From Chiloscyllium plagiosum (taxonomy: Eukaryota), in NCBI RefSeq assembly GCF_004010195.1, contig NC_057755.1, positions 6,785,132 to 6,805,131 of the forward strand: a stretch of DNA of 20,000 bases, in the 5' to 3' direction. Positions within the stretch are counted from its first letter, which is position 1. The number at the start of each line of letters is the position of its first letter. Positions 8,674 through 20,000 of the stretch are shown here, one piece after another. The position numbers and the translations under genes are program-made. The notes beneath the pieces are model-generated. The model saw only the letters and a program-made list of their open reading frames with translations, ran no database searches and was not told the DNA's origin.

Positions 8674-11600
8674 CAATTTACTGATGCTTATTACAAATCT
8701 CCTATTTAGGGGTGCTCTTCCCCACTTCCCCCATTTCATGCTGCTTAGCAGTAATTCTCTAAATTAGTTCAACTCTGCACCAAATCTACCGTTTACCTCT
8801 ACACTGCATGAATTCAGAAATTTAGTACTGCTTTGCATTAATTCTCCCATATGTTACTGGACGAAACCAATCCTCCAATTTAGTACTACATGCCAGCAAT
8901 TCTCCCGTTTAGTACCACACTGCGGCAATTCTCACTTTAAAAAATAAATTGAACCAATTCTCCCTTTTATTGCTACACTGCAACAATTCTCTCGTTTCGT
9001 GTTACAGACGTTCTGTTTATAGCTACACTACACGAATTCTCCCATTAAACTTTACACTGCAACAATAATCCTTTTTTGTTATTACACTGTAACATTTCTC
9101 CCATTTCGCATTGCATTCTACCAATTCTCCCACTTCACGATACTCTTCACCAATTCTCCCATTTAGCGCTACACTGAACCAATTCTCCCATTTGCTGCTA
9201 CACTGCACCAGTTCTCTATTTTGCGCCACATTATACCAGTTATCCCATTCAGTACTATACTGCACCAATTCTTCCAATTAATGTGACGATGCATCAATTT
9301 TCCTACTTTGTACTCCATTGCATCAATTCTCCAATTTCATTCTGTACTCAACTATTCCCCCATTTAGTACAACACTGAACCAGTTCTTCCATTTATTGCT
9401 GCGCTGTACCAATTATCCCATTCAGTGCTACACTGTAGTAATTCTCCCATTTACTGCTTCATTGCATCAATTCTGCAATTTCACCCTTTTCGGACTACAC
9501 AGCAGCACATTTTCCATTTGCACAAATTCTCACATTTATTGTTGCACTGTACCAATTCTTCCATTTAGTGCTATGCTGCACCAGTTCTCTTATTTCGTGA
9601 TATAGTGCACAAATTCTCCCAATTAATGATACACTGCCGCAATTCACTAATTTAGTCCTGCAGTGCAACACATCTCCACTTAGAGTTACACTGCCTCAAG
9701 TCTCCAATTTAGTACTACTCTGCACTAATTCTTCCTTTTTTTGCCGAACTGCACGACTTTTTGCAATTTAATAATAGATTGCGCCAGTTCTCACATTAGT
9801 TATCACACTGTACCAATTCCACAACTTAATACTACACTGCACCATTTCTCCCCTTTCGGGCTGCACAACACCAATCCTTGCAATCACTGTAACTCTGCAC
9901 AAACTCTTCCATTTATTGCGCCTCTGTACTAATTCTCTCATTTATTGCTACACTGTACCATTTAGTGCTACAATGCCCCAATTCTCCAATTTCCTACTAC
10001 ATTGCACCAATTCTCGCACTTAGTGCTACTCTGCCCACATCTCCCATTTGGTACTACTCTGCACCAATTCTCCTATTTCCTGCTACTCTGCACCAATTCT
10101 CCCATTTATTGCTACAGTGCACTAATCCTCTATTTATTACTGCACTTCTCCCATCTCCCATTTATTAATAAACTGCAACAATTCTCCTATTTTGAGCTAC
10201 ACTGCCCCAATCCTCTCATTTTTGCAACACTATACCAATTATCCCATTTAGTATTATTCTGCAGCAATTTTCCCATTTCGAGCTGTAATGCGCCAATTCA
10301 TCCAATTAGTGCAACTCTGCACCAACTCTGCCACATACTTCAAAACTACAACAAATCCCTCATTTAGTGCTGCACTGATACAAGTCTCCCATTTCGTACC
10401 TCGCTACACCAATTCCCTCATTTCGGGCTACACTGCGCCAATTCGCCCATTTAGTACCACACTGAACTAATTCTGCCATTTATTGCTACAGTGCACCAAT
10501 TCTCAAATCAGTATAACACAGCCACATTTCTCAGATTTAATGCTGAACTTCACCAATTCTTTCATTTAGGGCTATCCTCCCCAAAGTGCTACAGTTCCTC
10601 ATCCTCCCATTTATTGCGACGATGTACCAATTGTCCCATTTAGTGCTGCACTGCCTCAATTCTCACACTTATTGCTACTCTGTACCAATTCCCCCATTCA
10701 GTGATAAACTGCCCCAATTCTTCAATTTATTGCTACACTGCACCAAATCTACCATTTAATGCGAAACGCATCCATTTTTCCAATTTGTGTTACACTGCAC
10801 CCATTCTTCAATTTCGTATGACACTGCCACAATTCCTCCAGTTAGTACTACACTGCACCAAGTCTCGCATTTCTTGCAATCCTGTATCAACTCTTCTATT
10901 TAGTGCTACACAGTCCCAATTCTCCAAATTAAAGCTTTCCTGCACCAATAATTCTATTCATTGCAACACAGCACCAGTTCTTCCATTTATTGCGACGCTG
11001 TACCAATTCTCCCATCCAGTGTTTCACTGCAGAAATTCTCCCGTTTACGTTCCACTTCAGCAATTCTGCAAATTAGTGCTACAATGCCCAATGTCTCCCA
11101 TTTCATTTTACGCTGCTGCACTCTTTGCATTTCGAAATCCAGTGCACACATTCTCCCTTTTTCATCTGACATGAAACCAATTCTCACATTCAGTATTATT
11201 CTGCACACATTCTCCCATTTCGTGCTTCGCTGCACCAGATTTTTCCATTTCGTGATACACTTATCCAATTCACCCATTTAGTACTACACTGAACTAATTC
11301 TCCTATTTCGTTATATAGTTCACCAATTGTCCCATTTCGTGCGACACTGCCCCGATTCTCCACTTTAGAACGACACTGCAGCACTTCTCTCATTTAGTGT
11401 TAGACTGCCCCAAGCCTCCCAGTTAGTACGGCCTGCACCAATTCTCCCATTATTTTGGAATTTAGCTATACAGTGCCAATTCTCAGATTTAACATTGCAC
11501 TCTACCAATTCTCCAATTTAGTACCACAGTGAACCAGTTCTCCCATCTCGTGATACACCAACAATTCACCAATTTAATCCTATTCTGCGTTCGGTAATAC

Positions 11601-11849
11601 ATTGCAGCAATTCTTCCATTTCGTGCTACAAAGCACCAATTCTATCATTTCTTACCACACTGCCTCAATTCCTCCATTTCAGGAAACTGCACCAATACTC
11701 CCATTTAGTGTGCGTTTGCACTGATTCTCCCTTTCATTACGACACTTTCCCAAGTCTCCCTTTATAGCTATTTTTACTACAATTCTGCCATTTAGTACTA
11801 CACTGCACCAATTGTCACATTTACTGCTACACTGCCCTATGTCTCCCAT
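8674..11849 (+). repeat. 29-bp satellite array (about 110 diverged monomers)
   Basis: Example: CAATTCTCCCATTTAGCGCTACACTGAAC|CAATTCTCCCATTTGCTGCTACACTGCAC near 9151. The 29-bp period persists up to the gap. Confidence 0.96.
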
Positions 11850-12349
11850 NNNNNNNNNNNNNNNNNNNNNNNNNNNNNNNNNNNNNNNNNNNNNNNNNNN
11901 NNNNNNNNNNNNNNNNNNNNNNNNNNNNNNNNNNNNNNNNNNNNNNNNNNNNNNNNNNNNNNNNNNNNNNNNNNNNNNNNNNNNNNNNNNNNNNNNNNNN
12001 NNNNNNNNNNNNNNNNNNNNNNNNNNNNNNNNNNNNNNNNNNNNNNNNNNNNNNNNNNNNNNNNNNNNNNNNNNNNNNNNNNNNNNNNNNNNNNNNNNNN
12101 NNNNNNNNNNNNNNNNNNNNNNNNNNNNNNNNNNNNNNNNNNNNNNNNNNNNNNNNNNNNNNNNNNNNNNNNNNNNNNNNNNNNNNNNNNNNNNNNNNNN
12201 NNNNNNNNNNNNNNNNNNNNNNNNNNNNNNNNNNNNNNNNNNNNNNNNNNNNNNNNNNNNNNNNNNNNNNNNNNNNNNNNNNNNNNNNNNNNNNNNNNNN
12301 NNNNNNNNNNNNNNNNNNNNNNNNNNNNNNNNNNNNNNNNNNNNNNNNN
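11850..12349. other. Assembly gap, exactly 500 N
   Basis: Round-number N run, typical of a fixed-size scaffolding join. True distance unknown. Confidence 0.99.
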
Positions 12350-15300
12350 GGGGAATTGGGGCTGTGTAGTAGTAAATGGGAGAATTGGTTCAGAGTAGTA
12401 CTAAATAGGAGATTTGGGGCAGCGTAACCCTAAATGGTAGAAATGTTGCAGTGTGGTACTAAATTGGAGAATTGGGACAGTGTAATACTAAATAGAGAAG
12501 TGGTGCACTGTCGCAATAAATGGGAGATTTGGTGCAGAGTTCCACGAATTGGTAGAATTGGTGCAGAGCAGATCTAAATGGGAGACATAGGGCAGTGTAG
12601 CAATAAATGGGACAATTGGTGCAGTGCAGTACTAAATGGCAGAATTGTAGTAAAAATAGCTATAAGGGGAGACTTGGGAAAGTGTCGTACTGAAAGGGAG
12701 AATCAGTGCAAACTCGCACTAAATGGGAGTATTGGTGCAGTTTCCTGAAAGGGACGAATTGAGGCAGTGTGGTAAGAAATGAGAGAATTGGTGCTTTGTA
12801 GCACTAAATGGAAGAATGGCTGCAATGTATTACCGAATGCAGAATAGGCCTAAATGGGTGAATTGTTGGTGTATCACGAGATGGGAGAACTGGTTCACAG
12901 TGGTACTAAATTGGAGAATTGGTAGAGTGTAATGCTAAATGTGACAATTGGCACTGCATAGCTAAATTCCAAAATAATGGGAGAATTGGTGCAGGCCGTA
13001 CTAAATGGGAGGCTTGGGGCAGTCTAACACTAAATGAGAGAAGTGCTGCAGTCTCGTACTAAAGTGGAGAATTGGGGCAATGTCGCACTAAATGGGACAA
13101 TTGGTGCACTATATAACGAAATAGGAGAATTAGTTCAGTGTAGTATTAAATGGGTGAATTGGTTAATTGTATCACGAAATGGAAAAATACGGTGCAGCGA
13201 AGCACGAAATGGGAGAATGTGTGCAGAATAATACTGAATGTGAGAATTGGTTTCATGTCAGATGAAAAAGTGAGAATGTGTGCACTGGATATCGAAATGC
13301 AAAGAGTGCAGCAGCGTAAAATGAAGTGGGAGAAATTGGGCATTGTAGCAATAATTTGCAGAATTGCTGAAGTGGAACGTAAGCGGGAGAATTTCTGCAG
13401 TGTAACACTGGATGGGAGAATTGGTACAGCGTAGCAATAAATGGAAGAACTGGTGCTGTGTTGCAATAAATAGGATTATTGGTGCAGGAAAGCTTTTATT
13501 TGGAGAATTGGGACTGTGGAGCACTAAATAGAAGAGGTGATACAGGATTTGAAGAAATGAGAGACTTGGGGCAGTGTAGTACTAACTGGAGGAATTGTGG
13601 CAGTGTCATACGAAATTGAAGGATGGGTGCAGTGTAACACAAAATGGAAAAATGGATGCGTGTCGCATTAAATGGTAGATTTGGTGCAGTGTAGCAATAA
13701 ATCGAAGAACTGGGGCAGTTTATCACTGAATGGGGGAATTGGTACAGAGTAGTAATAAGTGTGAGAATTGAGGCAGTGCAGCACTAAATGGGACAATTGG
13801 TACATCGTAGCAATAAATGGGAGGATGAGGAACTGCAGCACTTTCGGGAGTATAGACCTAAATGAAAGAATTGCTGAAGTTCAGCATTAAATCTGAGACA
13901 TGGGGGTGTGTTGTACTAATTTGAGAATTGGTGCACTGTAGCAATAAATGGCAGAATTAGTTCAGTGTGGTACTAAATGGGCGAATTGGCGCAGTGTAGC
14001 CCGAAATGAAGGAATTGGTGTAGCGAGTTACGAAATGGGAGACTTGTATCAGTGCAGCACTAAATGAGGGATTTGTTGTAGTTTTGAAATATGTGGCAGA
14101 GTTGGTGCAGAGTTGCACTAATTAGATGAATTGGCGCATTACAGCTCTAAATGGGAAAATTGCTGCAGAATAATACTAAATGGGAAAATTGGTATAGTGT
14201 TGCAAAAAATGAAAGGATTGGGGCAGTTTATTAATAAATGGGAGAGGGGAGAAGTGCAGTATTAAATAGAGAATTGGTGCACTGTCGCAATAAATGGCAG
14301 AATTGGTTCAGAGTTCATGGAATGGGAGAATTGGTGCAGATTAGTACCAAATGGGAGATGTGGGCAGAGTAGCACTAAGTGCGAGAATTGTTGTAATGTA
14401 GTAGTAAATTGGAAAATTGGGGCACTGTAGCACTAAATGGTACAGTGTAGCAATAAATGAGAGAATTAGTACAGTGGCGCAATAAATGCCAGCGTTGGTG
14501 CAGAGTTACAGTGATTGCAAGGATTGGTGTTGTGCAGCCCGAAAGGGGAGAAATGGTGCAGTGTAGTATTAATTTGTAGAATTAGTACAGTGTGATAATC
14601 AATGTGAGAACTGGCGCAATCTAGTATTAAATTGCAAAAAATCGTGCAGTTCTTCAAAATGAAGGAAGAATTAGTGCAGAGTAGTACGAAATGGGAGACT
14701 TGAAGCAGTGTAACTCTAAGTGGAGATGTGTTGCACTGCAGGACTAAATTAGTGAATTGCGGCAGTGTATCACTAATTGGGAGAATTTATGCACTATATC
14801 ACGAAATGAGAGAACTGGTGCAGCATAGCACTAAATGGAAGAATTGGTACAGTGCAACAATAAATGTGAGAATTGGTATAGTGTCGCATGAAAAAGTGAG
14901 AATTTGTGCAATTGGAAAATGTGCTGCTGTGTAGTACGAAAAGGTTGAAATTGCAGAATTGATGCAATGAAGCAGTAAATGGGAGAATTACTGCAGTGTA
15001 GCACTGAATGGGAGAATTGGTACAGCGCAGCAATAAATGGAAGAACTGGTTCAGTGTTGTACTAAATGGGGGAATTGTTGCAGTACAGAATGAAATTGGA
15101 GAATTGGTACAATGGAGTACAAAGTAGGAAAATTGATGCATCGTCACTCTAATTGGAAGAATTGGTGCAGTATAGTACTGAATGGGATAACTCGCATAAT
15201 GTGGCACAAAATGGGAGAACTGGTGCAGTGCAGCAGCAAATGGGAGAATTGGTTCAGTGTAGCGCTAAATGGGAGAATTGGAGAAGAGTATCGTGAAGTG

Positions 15301-15757
15301 GGAGAATTGGTAGAATGCAATGCGAAATGGGAGAAATGTTACAGTGTAATACTAAAAAGGGATTATTGTTGCAGTGCAAAGTTTAATGGAAGAATTCGTG
15401 TCGTGTAGCAATAAACAGAACGTCTGTAACACTAAACGAGAGAATTGTTGCAGTGTATCAATAAAAGGTAGAATTGGTTCAATGTGTTTTTTAAAGGGAG
15501 AGTTGTCGCAGTGTGGTACTAAACGGGAGAATTGCTGGCATGTAGTACTAAATTGGAGGATTGGTTCAGTCTAGTAACATATGGGAGAATTGTTGCAGAG
15601 CAATACTAAATTTCTGAATTCATGCAGTGTAGAGGTAAACGGGAGATTTGGTGCAGAGTTAAACTAATTTAGAGAATTAGTGCTAAGCAGCATGAAATGG
15701 GGGAAGTGGAGAAGAGCACCCCTAAATAGGAGATTTGTACGAAGCATCAGGAAATTG
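12350..15757 (-). repeat. 29-bp satellite array, inverted orientation (about 117 monomers)
   Basis: TGCAGTGTAGCACTAAATGGGAGAATTGG variants. 12578-15757 is the monomer-by-monomer reverse complement of 8674-11849. Confidence 0.96.
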
Positions 15758-18700
15758 GAGGGATGTATGCACTGGAACACCAAGATCCCCCTATTCCTCC
15801 ACACTGTCAAGAATCCTGTCTTTAATACTATATTCAGCATTCAGGTTCGACCTTCCAAATTGCATCACTTCGCATTTATCCAGGTTGAACTCCATCTGTC
15901 TTTTCTCAGTCCAGCTCTGCATCATGTCTATGTCGTGCTGCAGCCTGCAATAGTTTTCGATGCTGTCAACGGCACGTCAAACCTTTGTTTCATTGGCAAA
16001 TTTACTACTCCAGCCCTCAACCTTCTCATCCAAGTCATATATAAAAAAAAATACAAAGATCAGAAGCCCAAGAACAGAGCCCTACGGGTAAACACTCACC
16101 ATTGACTTCCAGGCAGAATAGTTTCCATCGACAACCACTCTCTGCCTTTTGTCAGCTAACCAGTTCTGAATCCAGACAGCCGAATCTCCTTGTACCCCAG
16201 ACCTACTGATTTTATGAATGAACCTAGCATGGGATCAGATGCTTTGCTGAAGTCCATATGCACGACATCCAGTGCTCAGCCATCGTCGACCTGTCTCATC
16301 ACCTCCTCAAAAAACTAAACAAGATTTTTGAGACATGATCTGCCCCTCACAAAGCCATATTAATTGCCTTTAATCACGCCATTCTTTTCCAATAGTCATG
16401 AATCCTATCCCCCATAATTCTTTCCAAAACTTTGCTGACCACAGACGTAAGACTGACTTGTCTTTAATTGCCAGCGATTTTCCTATTCCCCTTCTTGAAA
16501 AGAGGAACAGCATTCTACTCTCTCCAATACTCTGATACGACCCCTGTGCAGAGTCAGGAAACAAAGATCTTCGCCAGCGAATTAGCAAGCGCCTTTCTCG
16601 CATTCCGGAGCAGCCCAGGTAAATCTGATTTTGGCCATGGGGACTTAGCAATCTTAATGATTGCCAAATTTTCCATCACATCAAATTCATCAATCTTGAT
16701 CTTTTCAAGCCTGTTTTCCAGCACCTCAACGTTTTCATTCACAACAAGGTCCCTTTCCTGAGTAAAAACCGAAGCAAAAAAACTCATTATGGACTTCCCC
16801 TATCTGCTCAGACTCCACGCACAAGTTCCCTACGCTATCCCTGACCGGCCCTATCTTCTCCCTTCTCTTATTCCTCACGTATGAGTAAAAGGCATTTGGG
16901 TTTTTGTTCATCTTTCGTGTCAAGCCGTTTTCGTGCCACCTCTTGGCTGTTCTCAGTCCATTTATGAGCTCCTTTCTCGTAGGCCAGAAATCCTCCAATA
17001 CTGTGCTAGATCTTTGCTTCCTTCACCTTACGTAAGCTGCCTTTTTCCTTCCAGAAGCTCCTCGTTTCATCCAAGGCTCTTAATCTTACCCCTTCTTACC
17101 TGGCTCAGAGGAACAAATTCGTGCATCAGTGGAAACAACTGCTACTTAAATAGTCGCTATATATCTGTTGTGCGCTTTCTGCAGAATTATTGCTCCTAAT
17201 CTGTACTTCCCAACTCCTGTGATCGCATCATAATTTAGTTTTCCTCAATTAAATATCTTCCATTGTAACTGCTCTTTTCCCTATCCAATCTGTGGTAAAT
17301 GTGAGGCAGTTGTGGTCACTTCCACCAAAGTGTCTTCCCACCTCGAGATCTGACACTTGTCTTGGCTCATTGCCGAGTCCGAAGCCCAAAATGGCCACTT
17401 CCCTCGTTGGCTTGTCGACATGCTGGGTAAGGAAACCCTCCTGAACACACCAGACACAAACGGCTCCACCCAGACCATCTGCACAAAAGAAGTTCCAGTC
17501 AATATTAGGAAAGTTGAAGTTGCCCATAACAACGCTGCTCCATATGCATTTTTCCAAAACCTGCCGGCAGTGGAGTTCTTCAATCTCACTACTGCGATTT
17601 GGGGGTCTGTAAAAATTCGCCAATGAGGTGGCTGATTTCTTGGTGTTCCGAACTATCACCCGTAGTGACTCAGTAGACAAACCTTTCTCGACAACCTTCC
17701 TTTCCGTAGCTGTGATGCACTCTCTGATTAACACTGCTACACCCTCTCCTCTTTTTTCACCGCCCTGTTCTTTTTAAACGTTCTAAACACAGGAACATCA
17801 AGCAACCATTCCTGCCCCTGTGAAACTCACGTCTCCATTACGAACACATCACCATATTCCCAAGTACTCATCCGTGCTCGAAGTTCATCACTCTTATTTC
17901 TGACATTCCTTGCGATAAAACAGACACACTTTAACCGATCCTTTTGTTTCATCAAGTGAAAAACCTTCCTTATAGATTCACTGCATCCTGCCGCTGCCTC
18001 ATCTACAACTGCCCCCTCTCAGATATGTAGCTCTGGTTCCCACCCCCTTTCAAAACTAGTTTAAACCCTCCCGAACCATGATCAAATCGCCCATCCAGGA
18101 CATTTGTGCCCCTCCAGATCACGTGCAAACCATCCTATAGGTATAGGTCCCACGTTCCTCAGATGGCGTCCTAATGGTCTACGTATCTGAATCCACCCTC
18201 CTGCACCAGGCTCGCAGCCACTTGTTAAGCTGCATTCGCGTACTGTTTTTCACCTCACTGTGTCGTGGCACCAGTAGCCAACCTGAGGTCATTCCTCTAT
18301 TCGTCCTGCTCTTCAGCTTCCAACCTCACTCTCTGTAGTCACTTTTCAGACCCTCAATCCATTCCCTGGCGAAATCATTGGTGCCAATATGTACCACGAT
18401 TTCTGGCTGTTCACCCTCTCCCTTCAGAACCCAGTAAACCCGATTGATGTCATATCAGATCCTGGCACCGGGGAGGCACAACACTGACCGAGAGTCCCGT
18501 TCCTGACCATAATATCTCCTGTCAATCCGTCTAACTATTGAGTTCCCTGCCACTAGTGCTTTTCTATTCTGCCTCCTCTTTCCTTCTGAGCATAAGTGCC
18601 AGGCTCAGTGCCAGAAATCTGACAACTATGGCTTTCCGTTGGTAGGCCTTCCCACCAGTTGTGTACGAAATGGTATACTTATTGCTGAGGGGAACGGCCA

Positions 18701-19200
18701 TAGGTTACCCCTGCTCTATCTATTGGTTCTCTTTACTCCCACTGAATATATGTCAGCTGTCATTATACTGTGTCTGAAGAGTGACCATCTCTCTGCACAT
18801 CCTCTCAATTTCTCCATCAGCCTCCCGGACGATTCGCAGTTCATTGAGCTCCAGCTCCAGTTCCCTAACTCCGTTTTTCAGGAATTGGATTTGGTGCACT
18901 TCCCTCAGATGTGGTCGGCAGAGACATGTGTTGTGTCTCTCACCTGCCACATTGTGCAGGAGGAACATGCAACTGCTCTATCAGCCATGCCCCTCTAAAC
19001 TGAAAGCCCACACAGTACTAAATGGGGAAGAGAAGCAAAAAAAAGAGAAAACCTGCCAACTTACAGAGTTTACAGATTTTTAGTAAGGTTAGAGGGAGGC
19101 CCTACGATGTAAGGTCTCGGGTTTAGATCTCACCAACTTTAAAACTTCCCGGCAGCCCTCTATTCCCTGAACCCTCTCTCCTCGCCGCTCTGTTCAAAGT
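15758..19200 (-). mobile_element. Second copy of the 3'-truncated CR1 (ORF1 about 18988-18056, ORF2 about 17952-15758), without the mini-PLE
   Basis: Reverse complement of 4763-8673 with the same satellite junctions, the same ORF1 stop (CACATCTGA) and the same FANE lesion. Confidence 0.95.
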
Positions 19201-19793
19201 AAATTGATGCAGTGTAGTACTAAAAGGGAGGATTATGGAAGTCTTATATTAAATGGAAGAACTTCAGCAGTATAGCAGTAAACGAGAGAACGGGGATAGT
19301 GTAGTACAAAATGGGAGTGTTGAAGCATTAAAATACTAAATGGAGAAATAGTGCAGTGTCGTAACAAATGGGAGAATTGATGCAGTGTAGCACTAAATGG
19401 GCGAATTAGTTCTGTATCAGAACAAATAGGAGAACTGATCAATTTATTTTTAAATGGGAGAATTGGGAAATGTGGAGCACGAAATGGGAGGATTGGTGCA
19501 GTGTTGGACTAAATAGGAGAATTGGGGCAGTGTAATGCTCAATGTGAGAATTTGTGCCATGCAGTATTAGATGTGAGAATTGGTGCAGTGCAGAAATAAG
19601 GCATTTTCACTCTCCGTGCAGATTGGAGTTTTGATGCAGGACACATCAATATTAGAGAATTCTAGCAGCGAATAACTAACTGAGATAAGTGTTGCAGGGA
19701 AATACTAAATGGAAGAACTGGTGCACAGTGGAACTCAATTAGAGAATTGTGGCATTACATAGGAGAATTAGAGTCGGGCACCACTAAATGGCA
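19201..19793 (-). repeat. 29-bp satellite block, inverted copy of 4116-4762
   Basis: Reverse-complement match, two monomers shorter. Confidence 0.92.
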
Positions 19794-20000
19794 GAGACCG
19801 CAATTTCCCTTCCCATGTGCTTCTTCTTTCGAGACCACAATTTCCCTTCCCACGTGCTCCTTCTTTCGAGACCGCAATTTCCCTTCCCTCGTGGTTAAAG
19901 ATGCCCTCCAACGCATCTCGACCACAGCCCGCACCTCCGCCCTCAGACCCAACCCCTCCAACCGTAACAAGGACAGAACGACCCTGGTGCTCACCTTCCA
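19794..20000 (+). mobile_element. PLE fragment, inverted copy of 3909-4115 (runs off the window)
   Basis: Same 37-bp triplication and FFRDRNFPSLVVKDALQRIS coding remnant. Confidence 0.93.

Larger units (their letters stand above)
3909..20000. repeat. Large inverted duplication: arm 3909-11849 vs arm 12578-20000 (extends beyond the window)
   Basis: Anchors: 20000<->3909 (TGGAAGGTGAGCACCAGGGT) and 11849<->12578 (ATGGGAGACATAGGGCAGTGTAGCA). About 10 substitutions and 1 indel in about 220 bp hand-aligned at 4761-4980. Confidence 0.97.

Noticed and set aside
11812..12369. 185-aa ORF
   Set aside because: Artefact of translating through the N gap.
9023..15574. Cys/His-rich ORFs in the satellite resembling zinc-finger or repeat proteins
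   Set aside because: The 29-bp period is not a multiple of 3, ORFs occur in all frames on both strands, there is no C2H2 spacing or TGEKP linker, and arm indels of 29 and 58 bp break frame.
8674..15757. CRISPR-like array of about 29-bp repeats
   Set aside because: Monomers abut with no unique spacers, are degenerate, and sit among eukaryotic retroelements with no cas genes.

Overview
Gene-free, repeat-only eukaryotic DNA. The repeat families resemble those of cartilaginous fish (inference). No intact host gene is visible. The backbone is a degenerate 29-bp satellite (consensus about CCAATTCTCCCATTTAGTGCTACACTGCA). Dead retroelements lie in or beside it: an internally deleted CR1 LINE (383-2382, -), a Penelope-like element (PLE) fragment with a GIY-YIG remnant and a minimal hammerhead-ribozyme motif (3172-4115, -), and a near full-length but 3'-truncated CR1 (4763-8673, +). 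Positions 3909-11849 recur inverted at 12578-20000, about 95% identical in a hand-aligned sample, on either side of a 500-N scaffold gap, so the inversion may or may not be real. The left arm alone carries a 448-bp, 1.7-unit PLE-derived mini-element with a perfect 14-bp target-site duplication, and the right arm preserves the empty site. That mini-element and the composite duplicated unit are the best leads. I see no convincing novel coding system.
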